A DNA stretch of 64,000 nucleotides. Origin: Vicugna vicugna. Lineage: Eukaryota. This document shows positions 53,222 to 64,000 of this stretch, piece after piece (position 1 is the stretch's first letter; every line of letters starts with the position of its first letter). The stretch covers positions 226,608 through 290,607 of the forward strand of contig MU057584.1 of the NCBI GenBank assembly GCA_013265495.1, in the 5' to 3' direction. The translations under genes were made by a program, and so were the position numbers. The notes beneath the pieces were generated by a model. It was not told where the DNA came from. It searched no databases and saw only the letters and a list, made by a program, of their open reading frames with translations.

Positions 53222-54425
53222 AAAATATGAAGGATTAGCACCACACCAACTTTAGGCACAGCTGGATCTAGGTGTTTAAATGATGGCGTCAGAAATTTCT
53301 GTCCATCTACCAGCTATGCTTTCCTAAGGTTGGCCTCACTCTGAAGCAGCGTCTCTACCCATGATTGTATCCACAGTTGTATCCTTTCAACTTTAGCAAG
53401 AACAGCAGAAAGAAATGCTGTTTTCTCCAGAGCTCCAATAAAAATCCTCATTTTGCTCCTCCTCGGCCTGCTTTAGGTCATGTGCCCAACTCTCAAGACA
53501 TCACCGCGGCATGGGGTTGAAATGCTCTCATTGGCTAGGCTTGGATCACATGTCCAGTCTCTACCCAATCATTGTGGTTGGAGGATGAAGTGCTCTGATT
53601 GGCCAGACCTGGTGTTACCCAGATACAAGAGAGTGAATGCTGGTGGAGCGGAAACTACAGTCCTCATCGACAGATGGTTATTAATGATGTTGCAAGTATT
53701 TGCTTATCATCCTTTGGTCATCCCCTGGCCTACCGAGTCCCCTAACAGAGGCCTTCAGAAAAATCATAAAAGAGGCAGTACGGCTAATGTTAATAAAGAC
53801 ATAACCAAGTCACTTGATGATGACTGCTTTAGAGACTCGTGGGGGAAACTTTGCCCCAGGGTGGGGTAGAACCTGGGCATCTCCGGCAGAGAAAAGCATG
53901 AACTTCTGAGTTCAAATTCCAACACTCATATTATGCTCACCCACTTACTCATTCTTTCATGCATCCCCTAAAGGAAATTTTTTCACCCATAATGTGCTAG
54001 GTACTGTTCTAGACACTGGAGACACGGTGGTGAGCCAGACAAAAATCCCTTCCCTCCTGGATCTGACATTCTGGTTCAGGAGGTGGGTGTAGGGGAGTAG
54101 AGACAGGTAAATAAACAACCAAACAAAGAAATAAATAGTCTCAGAGAGTAATAAATATTGTAAAGAAAATTAAACAGTGTGTCTTGCTAGCAAGAAGCTG
54201 GGGCCTGACTTACAGTAGGTGTTAGGGAAGGCCTTTTTAAGGAGCTGATACATGATTTGAGGCTGGAATAATGAGATGCAGTCAGCCATGAGATGACAGG
54301 GGTAAACCTCTAAGAAGAGCAAGTGCTAAGCCCCTGAGGTGGCTTGATCCAAGAACTGACAAAAGGCACGGTGAATCGCTGAGAGATGTCAGGTGAATTA
54401 CTCAGCCTCCACGCACCACTGGAAA

Positions 54426-54501
54426 ATGAGGATGATCATACCAGCCCCTCAAGAATCCTATGAGGATGATCATACCAGCCCCTCAAGACTCCTATGAGGA
54501 T
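54426..54501. repeat. 34-bp tandem duplication inside MIR-like sequence
   Basis: ATGAGGATGATCATACCAGCCCCTCAAGA(A/C)TCCT twice, plus a partial third copy. Confidence 0.9.
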
Positions 54502-55334
54502 TCAATCAGGCAACTGTAAAAGGCTATTGTTGTGCCTGGCACACAGCAGGTGTTCAGTGAACACCAGTTATAGTTTAAGCAATAAAATTATTAATTAGAG
54601 AAGGAAAGAATGGGTCTAGAGGATCAAAAGGATGTGAGAAATGAACTTTTGTGCCTTACCCTTCCAAAATCCCAAATTCAGGATACAGTATGAGCAAGGG
54701 GCTTCTGAATATGACTCCAAGACACCCCGGCTATCAATAATAATTTGCATTATTTTAATAGCTATGTTCATTTATTGAGCACCTACTATATGCCAGGCAC
54801 TTTGCTGGGAACCTGATGTCCATGGGTCCCTCTGACTCTAGGGCAGGCACTATTATTAACACCCCCATTTTACTGAGGCTCAGAGCAATAGTCACAGAGT
54901 CTGGAGCAAAGCCAAGAGGCCAGCACCGCCTACCTGACGATCTTTGGTCGGTCCTCTCCTCTGACTTGCGGTTACAGAGGCAGGACAAGCCTGCCCCACC
55001 CTCCATCTTCACCATTCTCCAGGTCTGGAGGGGCTGGGAGTGGGAGCAGAGAGAGAGAGGGGAGTGAAATCTCAGAGCCTCTTCTCCACGGACTCCACCC
55101 TAGCCTGCTCCCCACCCACCACAGCCATCAACTCAGTGCTAGAGAAGGGTGACCACTTGGAGGTGACTTTCCAGCCCACGGCTGGAACCCGAGACTGGAC
55201 GAAGCGGAGGTGTTGCCAGGAAACGCTCAGGGCAGGTGCGGAGGCGGGGCCAAGGCTGAGTACTTGACTGTGCGGTCTGGGAGACCCCACTCCTGACCGG
55301 CGACCTCCTCCACGCCACCAGGACAGGACCCGGC

Positions 55335-55398
55335 ATGAGGTGTCCTCTGGGCGCCGGCTCCGGCCACAGCCCTGCCTGGAAGAGGCTGCTTCTAACAG
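55335..55398 (+). CDS. IGSF23: IGSF23-like exon 1, CEACAM-type leader (MRCPLGAGSGHSPAWKRLLLT + G)
   Basis: GGCATGA start; 64 coding nt, phase 1; donor CAG|GTGCGT. The W-x-x-LLLT leader motif is present, a GC box lies at ~55241-55251, and the upstream DNA resembles the recalled human IGSF23 5' sequence. Confidence 0.78.
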
Positions 55399-56977
55399 GT
55401 GCGTGAGAGACAGGGGTAACCCTACGGACTGGGGACAAGATAGGGACATCCCCAGGGAGAGTCCCTATACAAATCAGAGACGCTCCCACTCGGAGCTCTG
55501 ACTCTGGTCAGTTTAAAACCCATGCAGAATGGGCACCCGAGAGCTCTTGAAATCCCCAAGAGGCTGTGCAATTGACCCCCCCTTTTAGAAGGAGGAAAAT
55601 GAGGCTTAGATAGGGGCGGGGTCACCTGCCCAAGAGCAGGCAGCTGGCAAGGGCAGAAGCAGAATCCAGGACCCCACCTCAGCCCCTTTCCGCCAGAGCA
55701 TCCCATCTCACCCCAGCTATCCATATCTAATAACAATTTTAATAATAAGAACAGTAATAATAATAACAATCATAATATAGAGAGGTCATTGTGACTGAAT
55801 ACATCTATGTGGCAGCCTGTTCTAAGTGCTTTCATGTAGTAACATTTAATTCCCAACCCCATGAGGCAAGGGCTGTATGATCCCTATTTCATAGAGGGGG
55901 AAACTGAGGCACAGGGGGGTTATGTATCCTCCCCAGGCCACACAGCTTGGAAGTAGCAGAAGGAAGATTCGAACCCAGATGGTCTGGCCTCCAAGACCAC
56001 ACCTTCCAGAGATTACACACATCTGCCTCTCAGATAGTTAATAAATTGCCTCTTTTTCCAGGTCTTAGAAAAGGCCAGTTCTGTATCATTTCCAAACCTC
56101 AAACTCCACCTAGTTTAAGGCTTTGCCTCCTCCCCAGCTCAGGCCTGGTTCAGACTGCAGTGAGGATGTGGTGGGATGTGGTGGGCCTCATTCCTATTTC
56201 TCTCTCTCTGTCCTTTCTCCCCACCCAGAGCTGAGGTCTGCGGCCCCCCAAGGCCATGGGCAGAGGGTAGGAGGGCTAGAAGGGGGCAGGAAAGTTTCTA
56301 CTTGGCCGCTGTAGTTGTAAGGTGAGGACATGGCCTCCTGTGTGGCTGAGGCATGGTTGAGGGGACCTACCCAGCAAGTCCTCTCCCAACGAGGGTGTCT
56401 TTGCCAGGGTGGCCTCCAGCTGGCTCCCTTCCGAGACATCCACACTGGCTCATGGGAAACTCGTGAACATCTTTGTTGTCCCACCAACAGCTGGAGGTAT
56501 GGGCCATGTCAACCCAGCCCTCTCTCTCCTCCACCCCAAAGGGCCTCTTCTCCATCCCTCCCCTGGGGACTTATCAGTCTAAGTTCCCACAAACTCCAGG
56601 GCGCACAGCTCCAGCTGGCCAAGAGGTTCCCTTGGCGCCATCCTCATTTGGCCAGGGGTGCAGAGGAGAGCCGCAGCCCCTATCCCCCCCCCTCAGGAGG
56701 ACCCCCAGTTCATCCTCACCTCTCCTGTAGAAAGCCTCACTCTGTGCCGCCGCCTCCTCTCCATGAGCTCTTGTCTCCCGTCCCAAAGCCTGGTGAGCGC
56801 AGAGCGGCCGGTGCCGGAGGAACTGGGGATGGGCAACCGGTTAGCCAGACCTCAATTGAGAATGTAGGGCTCTTGTCATCTGCTGTTTTGTTCTCAGCCT
56901 CTGAAACCTCTGGGGAAATTCTGAGACAATGGGAGAGTCAAGTTTAACATTCTGGTATACCTATCTGGTATAATCTG

Positions 56978-56979
<2 letters not shown>

Positions 56980-57014
<35 letters not shown>

Positions 57015-57045
57015 CACACACACATACATACATATATATATATAA
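56980..57045. repeat. (CA)n/(TA)n microsatellite
   Basis: Directly visible. Confidence 0.9.
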
Positions 57046-57201
57046 AATACACATTCTGGTGTACATATATAATCAATATACATAGTGATTCAGGGAATGT
57101 CCTGGGCTCGAATAGGAAAAACTTGAATAGAGACGTTTTCCCACTTGATTGAAGGTTAGAGATAAAATAAAATAGCCACGCTCCTGTCAAGTAAGAGTTC
57201 T

Positions 57202-57333
57202 AGGGGGAGGGTAGAGCTCAGTGGTAGAATACATGCCCAGCATGCACAAGGTCCTGCGTTCAATCCCCAGTGCCTCCATCAATAAAATAAATAAAAAAGT
57301 AAACCTAATTACCTCCTCCTGAGGAAAAAAAAA
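57202..57333 (+). mobile_element. tRNA-derived SINE (Vic-1-like)
   Basis: SINE body plus polyA; TSD AAGAGTTCT at 57193-57201 and 57332-57340. Confidence 0.9.
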
Positions 57334-59332
57334 AGAGTTCTGGAATCATCTATATGTTTACAGCTCTGAAATTCCATATATATATATATACACTTTATAT
57401 ATTTATATATATACTTTATAGGTATTTTATATAGGTAAGGTATTATTATATTGTGTTTACCTTATATACAAGCTATATATGTTTACATATATATAAATAC
57501 CTATATATATATGTAAAATACCTAAATATATATGTATATAATACTTAAGTTAGACTGTCCTCGGCCCTGAAAATTCATGATCTCATTGGATCTCGGGCAC
57601 TCCTATGAACTGGCTACTATCCACCCTCCATGACGAGTGGGGAAACTGAGGGTCAGAGCTCAGAAATAAAAGTGGCAGAGTCAGGTTTATGAACCCATGT
57701 CCAATGGCCTCAAAGTCTGCAAATGAAACCATGATTCTACACCAGCTACCGTAAGGATTGCTCAGATATGAGGTTTCCTTCTCAAGATGCCTAAGGACAC
57801 TCCTGAATCACCAGGTACCTGCAGCTGCGTCCGAGGCAGAACTCAATCCCAGAATGCGAACTGTATGACCTGAGATCTCCCCCTCCGGTCACTTATTCAG
57901 CAAACCCCTGCTAGTGCCTGTTCTGTGCCCAGCCTGTGCTGGGTGGTGCTAGAGACACAACAGTGACCAAGACAGTCCCAGCCCTGCCCTCCTGGGGCTC
58001 ACAGTCCAGAAGGAAGACAGACCCATCCCCAGACCACGCTGACCAAGCATCGCTGGCTAGGGCAGGAGTGGGTAGGGGGAGGGAGACCCAGACGAGAGGA
58101 CTCAGGTCTGGAGCTGGGGAGGTGGGGGATGGGGATGGGGAACCTTTCAAACCTGTCAAAATCGAAACAGGACCTCAGAAAGATAGGACATCAGCTATGC
58201 CAATTGCATCCCTGTGCTCTTGTTTCATAAGCATAAGACAAGCAAACTTTCCCATCAAGACAGAAAAGCAAAATCTTTTTTTTTTTTGAAAAGCAAAATC
58301 TTGAGCAGATTCTTGGGTATAACACTTTATTCCTGTCACTTTGGCAAGAGCTTCCATCACCCCATCAAGTCATTGAAGTTCCCTGCTGAAACATCGTAGT
58401 ATCTATTACCAAGCACACTTGAGGGTCAGGGAAGATTTCAGAAGGGGAGGTGGGTGCCTGGGCTTGAATCACAGCTGGATATAGAGTTGGGGAGGAACAG
58501 CATTCTAGGTGGGGAGAACAGCACAGGCAGGGGCCCAGAGGCCAGAGCAGCTGCACGGAGTCTGACTGATGCAGAGAATGAGGAAAGAGTGGTGAGAGGA
58601 TCTTGGAGATGTAGCAAGGGTGCCAGGTAAGAAAAAAAAGGGGGGGTGCCAGGCAAAGGAGCACTGAGGGCACTAGGGAGCCATGGAAGGTTTACGAGCA
58701 GAGGGGTAGAAAAGTCACACTAGCTGCCGACTCAGAGATAAAAATCAATGGAGACGGGAGGTAGGCAGTGAGCCCCCAGAAGGCCCTACGGCGGGACAAC
58801 TCCCAGCAATCCACTTATGACCGTGGCTCTGAGACTCGTGCTGGCTGTGCCTCAGTTTCCCTGCCTGTAAAACAGACTAGTGCCAACCTCGGAGTTGCTG
58901 AGAGGATCTGTGAGGTAACAGTTGAGAGTTTGGCGCAGTCCCGGGCACTCAGCCAGCACACAGTAGCAGCTGATTGCTGGAAGCCGCCTTCTGAGACCGC
59001 TCACTCCCACTCCCAAGGCTCAGTGCATGTGACGCTGACGATGCCGCCTGCCCTGGGATGCATTCTCTCTCGCTGCTACTTCTTACTCATTTACCCAGAA
59101 GAAAGCTGATGTATTAACATCTGTTCTGTCAGTGGCTATTTCTGACCCTTAAAACTTAACCACTTATTCTGTAGCTTTTTTATCTTAAAAGGCATATTTA
59201 CGGTATACCCAGTACTTGTGAGTGTGGAGGCAAGAATGATAAGAATGATGATAATTATAATGTCCAACCTACCCCATTTATCCGATAGTCACTTTGTTAG
59301 CGCACTATTCTAAGCACTTTACAAGCATTAGA

Positions 59333-59555
59333 CCAGGGCTTCTGAGCGTCGGCACGACCGGCAAGTTGGACCCGATGAGCCCTTGTTGTGGGGGGCTGTC
59401 CTGTGCACTGTGGGATGTTTAGCAGCCTCCGTGGCCTCTGCCCACCAGATGCCAGGAGCACCCCCATCCCAAGTCGTGACAACCTGAAAGTTTCCAGATG
59501 TTGCTAATGTCCCCTGGGTGGGGGGCGAAATCGTCCCCAGATGAAAATCACCAGA
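59333..59555. mobile_element. MER20 hAT-Charlie element
   Basis: GGGGGGCTGTCCTGTGCACTGTGGGATGTTTAGCAGCCTCCGTGGCCTCTGCCCACCAGATGCCAG matches the recalled MER20 core. Confidence 0.85.
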
Positions 59556-61791
59556 GACATTATTATTCTCATTTTATAGATAAGGAAACTGAGGCTCAGA
59601 GAGGTTAAGTAACTTTCCCAAAGTCACCAGAGCTAATAAGTTTTGGGACTTGCATGCTGGCAGTCCAGCTCTGGAGCCTGCATTCTGGGATGTGTGCATT
59701 TGTCTGTCTTAGATAATTAAGAACCTAGTTTATACTCTCTTATTTCATTTATTCAAATTTTACTTAATTTTTGAATGGGCTATACATCCCCATGGCTCAA
59801 GTCTCAAGGATATATTAAAAGGCCTTGACTGAAGTCTGTCCCCCCACCAGCCTACCCCATTTTCCATGTCCCCTCCCTCCCCACACCCCAGACACAGATA
59901 ACCACTATGTTTATGTACCCTTCTAGAGATTCTTTATGTGTTTACAAGAAAATGCAAACTCATATTTACTTTTCTCCCATTTTTACAGCAAAGGTAGCAT
60001 ACCATATGACTGTTCAGCAGTGTGCATTTGTAGCTTAACGACTTACTTCGGTGACCTTTCCCTGAGTTCTTCCTCATCCTTTGGCATAGCTGTATTGTTT
60101 CGTTGTGTGAATGGACCATCATTTACTTAATCAGTTCCTTATGGATGGGCAGTTGCCATAATCAATATAGTGTGGCAAATAACCCTGCACCTTAGTCATT
60201 TCAGACTGCGAAAGTGTATCTGTGGGACACTCTCCCTGATGCTTGATTACAAAGTCAAAGGATATGGGGATTTTTCATCTTGAAAGACTTTGCCAGACTG
60301 TCCTCCACCCGGGGCTGTACCAGCCCCGTGTGCGAGTTTCCTGTTGCCTTCAGATTCACCCACACATGGCGTCAGTCTTCTGGATCATTGCCAGCCTGAT
60401 AGGTGAAAAGAGTAATCCTGGTTTGTTTTCATTTGCATTTCTCTTACTATGAGTACAACAGAACGTTTTTCCCTATGTCAAGAGACATTTGAATTTTCTT
60501 TTCTGTGAACCTCCTTCTCATCTCCTTTGTACATTTTTCTGTTAGGATGCTGATATTTTTCTTACTGATATCTAGGAGCTCTTTCTGTATTAGTGAAATG
60601 GGCTCTTCGTCTGTGATATCAGTTGCAAATAATTTTTCCTGGGAGGTCATGGTCTTTCAGACTTTGTGCATGCTGGGGTTTTTATTAAACTTTGCAAAAG
60701 TTCCTTTTTATTATGATGTCAAATTTTTCTGTCCTTTTTGACAGAAGTTGATGTTTTTACTGCATTGGTGATCATTCCAGTGAGAGAAAGAAGAGTGGGC
60801 AAGTGCATAGGGTCTGGAGGCCAGACTCCAAGGGTTCAACTTCATTCTCTAAGCAATGTGGAAATTTAATTAGAGGAAGTGAGAGAAACAGGGATGGGGG
60901 CACATTGGATGGTACAGTTTAGTGGCTGAGAATTTCAACTGCCTGGGCATGGATCATAGCTCTGTTGTTTATCACCTAAGACATCCTGGACAAATGTCTT
61001 AAATTCTCTGAGCCTCCCTTTCCTCATCTCCAATAGAGGTATAATAGCTGTATCAGACAGAGTTGAGGCAAGAAGCAGATGGTTTACTCAAAAGGAGTAA
61101 TGAGGAGGGTTTAATAGGGGGGGCTATTGGCAGAGGTGTAGGCAGGGCACGGGTAACCCATGGAAGACAGGGAACTGTGCAGCACCTAACGGCTAGCAAC
61201 AGCGGGAAGCTGTTACTTCCCCTGGGCTAGAAGCTATAAGAGGAAGAGCAGACACCAAAGCCTAAAAAGAATGGCATATGGAGAGGGGCACCCAATGGGA
61301 GCTTTAGTAGAGGGACCTCACCAATCAGTGTTGATGGAGCAGGGAGGGAGCTATGGGACCAGTTCCCTCAAGGTCACTTGCTCCTGTCCTCCTGCCTTTC
61401 ACCAATGCCTCCATTGGCAGAAAGCAACCAGAAACCCAAGGCAAGCGATCCCCAGTGATGCAGCTCAGAGAAGTCAGCCGTTGAGGGTGCAGAAAAAGGT
61501 GGAGGACAAACCTGCATGACATCCAGCATAATAAGTACTTTGTGGGGCTGATGTAGGAATAAGGGAGATAATACATGTCCAACACTTAGGGAATGTCTGG
61601 CTTGCAGGTGCTCAAGGAATATTTCTTTTATTTCTACACTATTTTATTATTATTATTATCACCATTGTCATCATCAACTCTGGGTGGTACTCAATCTCAC
61701 CAGGTCAGGAAGGATTAATTGCTGGGGCAGCATCTTGCCTTTGGTCCCAATTGCTGGCCTGCTCTCTCCTCTCCTTGCCCCCCACTCCAAG

Positions 61792-62115
61792 GCACCCTGC
61801 TTGCATTCTTGGAGCTGCCTTCCTCTGCATCTCTGGCGCCCTTGACGGAAGGAGCTGATGCCCACCTGCCTGTCTGCAGAAGCCTTGATGGTGTTCTCTC
61901 CACTTCTTGGTTTCGAGGGCACGAGGCCCGGTCGGAAGCCATGATCTTCTCCCCTGAGGGCCTCCCAGGGCCTGGCCACACTGGCCGGGAGACACTGGAC
62001 ACCCAAGGCAGCCTGGTCATTAGAAATGTGACAACTCAGGACGCGGGCAGCTACACCATGGTGCTGGAAACCAGCAAGGGACGCAGGAGTGTGACGGAGC
62101 AGATACAGGTCAAGG
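61792..62115 (+). CDS. IGSF23: IGSF23-like exon 2: end of signal peptide plus IgV/CEACAM-N-like domain (GTLLAFLELPSSA…SWFRG…GRETLDTQGSLVIRNVTTQDAGSYTMVLET…QIQVK)
   Basis: 324 nt, phase 1-1, open. Long polypyrimidine acceptor ending CCAAG| and donor AGG|GTGAGT; in frame with exon 1. Confidence 0.85.
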
Positions 62116-62837
62116 GTGAGTGGGGCCCTACGGCAGGAGGGGTGAGTTCTTGGTCAGCAGGGCCCATCAGGACCCATTCTGTGCTCCCTAGCAGACCAAC
62201 CCAAAACTTAAAATAGCAACCACTTCTTTAGCTCATGATTCTGCTGGACAGTTCTTCTGGTCTCAGCTAGTTTTAGCTAAGCCCACTTATGTGTCTCTGG
62301 TCAGCTAGGGAATGAGTGCCTGGGCACTGGTCCAGGGTGGCCTCCTTCCCATGTCTGGCAGTGGCCTGGCTGGCAGCTGGGACAATGGGGGTAAATGGGC
62401 CACAAGGCCTCTCATCCACCAGCAGGCTAGCCCGGGCTTGTTCACTCAGCAACGGAAGAGAAACAAGAGCGAAAGCTGCAAGGCCTCCAGAGGCCCAGAC
62501 TCAGAACTGGCGTGCCATCACTTCCACCACATTGTTTTGGCCAAAATGAGTCACATGACTGGCCCAGCTCCAATGGGAGAGAAATAAGCTTCACCTCCCG
62601 GTGAGAGAAGCTTCAATGTGCTTGGCCATTTCTGTTACCTATCACACTTTTCAATAGATCTTCATTAAATATTTGTTCACTATCACTTGGGGAAGGACAG
62701 GGGTCTCTGGTGGCAGCCTTCAAACTCACCTTGGTTTTTATGAGCTATTCAGCTCTGGACTTGAACTTTCACACCTAAACCGGAAAAACAAAGTCCTGAG
62801 GCTAACCAGACTCATCCTCTAGAAGGTGGTTTAGAGA

Positions 62838-63250
62838 TGTATTAGTCTACTAGCGCTGCCACAACAAAAGACCACCTGCCGGGAGGTTTAAAAACCAGAA
62901 AGTTATTTCTCATGGTTCTGGAGGCTGAAAGTCAAGATCAAGGTGTCGGCAGGTTTGGTTTCTTCTGAGGCCTCTCTCCTTGGCTTGCAGATTACTGCCT
63001 TCTCCTTGTGTCCTCACATGGTCTCTCCTCTGTTTGTCACCTCTGGTGTCTCCCTGTGAGTCCTAATCTCTTCTTATAAGAACATCAGTCAGATTGTATT
63101 TGGGCGCACCTTCATGGCCTCATTTTAACTTAATTACCTCTTTAAAGGCCCTAGCATCAAATGCTGTCACTTTCTGAGGTTCTGGGGGTTAGTGCTTCAG
63201 TATATGAATCTTGGAGAAGGTGAGGGAAAGACATAATTTAGCCCATAATG
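62838..63250 (-). mobile_element. MaLR MLT1A/B-type LTR
   Basis: TGTATTAGTCTACTAG…GTTCTGGAGGCTGAAAGTCAAGATCAAGGTGTCGGCAGG…AATTTAGCCCATAA. Confidence 0.85.
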
Positions 63251-64000
63251 GAGACCATATAAGACTCAGAGATTGATGCTCTAACAAAGACCCAAAGTAA
63301 CAGTGTCTTAAACAAGAAGGAGATTTAGCTCTCACATAGCAGTCTGGCATAAACCATTTAGGGATGACATGGTGGCTTCATGGTATCAGGACCCAGGCTC
63401 CTTCTCATTATTCCATCATCAGTAGGTTTTGTCTTGCTTGTGGGACCCAAGATGGCTCTCATCACATCTGCACTCCAACCAATACTACAGGGGAGGGGAA
63501 GGGGAGTGAAGATGCCTTCCTTTTAAGGCCCAACACAGAGGCTGCTCACATCTCATTGGCTGGGAACTAGTCACATGGTCATACTTAGCTTTAAGAGAAG
63601 CTGAAAATGTAGTCTTTATCCTGGGCAATCATATGCCCAGCTGAAAGGTGGGATTCTGAAACTAAAGGAAGAAGGGGAGAAGAGATGGAGGGAGATAGCC
63701 AGAAGTTTCTGCCACAAGTTTCTATCTGAGGATGCCCTTGGGGGTCTCACCCATCCCAAGTTTAAGCCAAGTGTACATCAAGCTTAGCCAATGGTTCCTT
63801 CCAACCACAGTGCATTTGGCTTCTAGATCAGTCAGGCAAGCCACCTGCTGATCAGCCTACTCCCCAATTTGTCTCTGTGTCCCAGCATGCCTGTGGGCTC
63901 CCAGCTCCACAGTGGGTGAATGATGGGGTGTGAAGAAAAGGTGTTTGGTCCCTAGAAGCAGTGATATGGGTTAGGGAGCTGGGGCTTCAGGGGAAGGCTT

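Noticed and set aside
54426..54501. Direct repeats as a CRISPR-like array
   Set aside because: This is a simple adjacent tandem duplication with no spacers, in mammalian DNA.
56330..56947. 205-aa ORF in IGSF23 intron 1
   Set aside because: Low-complexity Pro/Ser-rich translation with no Ig motif or homology; likely a chance ORF in GC-rich DNA.

Overview
Mammalian genomic DNA. The recurrent tRNA-Ala-derived SINE and the L1 3' ends suggest a camelid (inference). The window matches the ZNF180 - CEACAM20 - IGSF23 block known from human 19q13.31. It contains the 5' end of ZNF180 (minus strand: CpG-island promoter and first coding exon), a 12-exon CEACAM20 (minus, 14190-28121), about 26 kb of repeat-dense intergenic DNA, and the first two coding exons of an IGSF23-like gene (plus), which continues past the window. 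Eleven CEACAM20 exons are intact through to the ITAM. Exon 2 carries an apparent +1 frameshift and a dead donor; an internal in-frame cryptic donor could rescue it. The IGSF23-like gene has a CEACAM-type 64-nt leader exon and a disulfide-less CEACAM-like IgV (N) domain, while the sequence corresponding to the human IGSF23 N-terminus is non-coding here. Gene names and comparisons with human proteins rest on recalled sequences, not on database searches.
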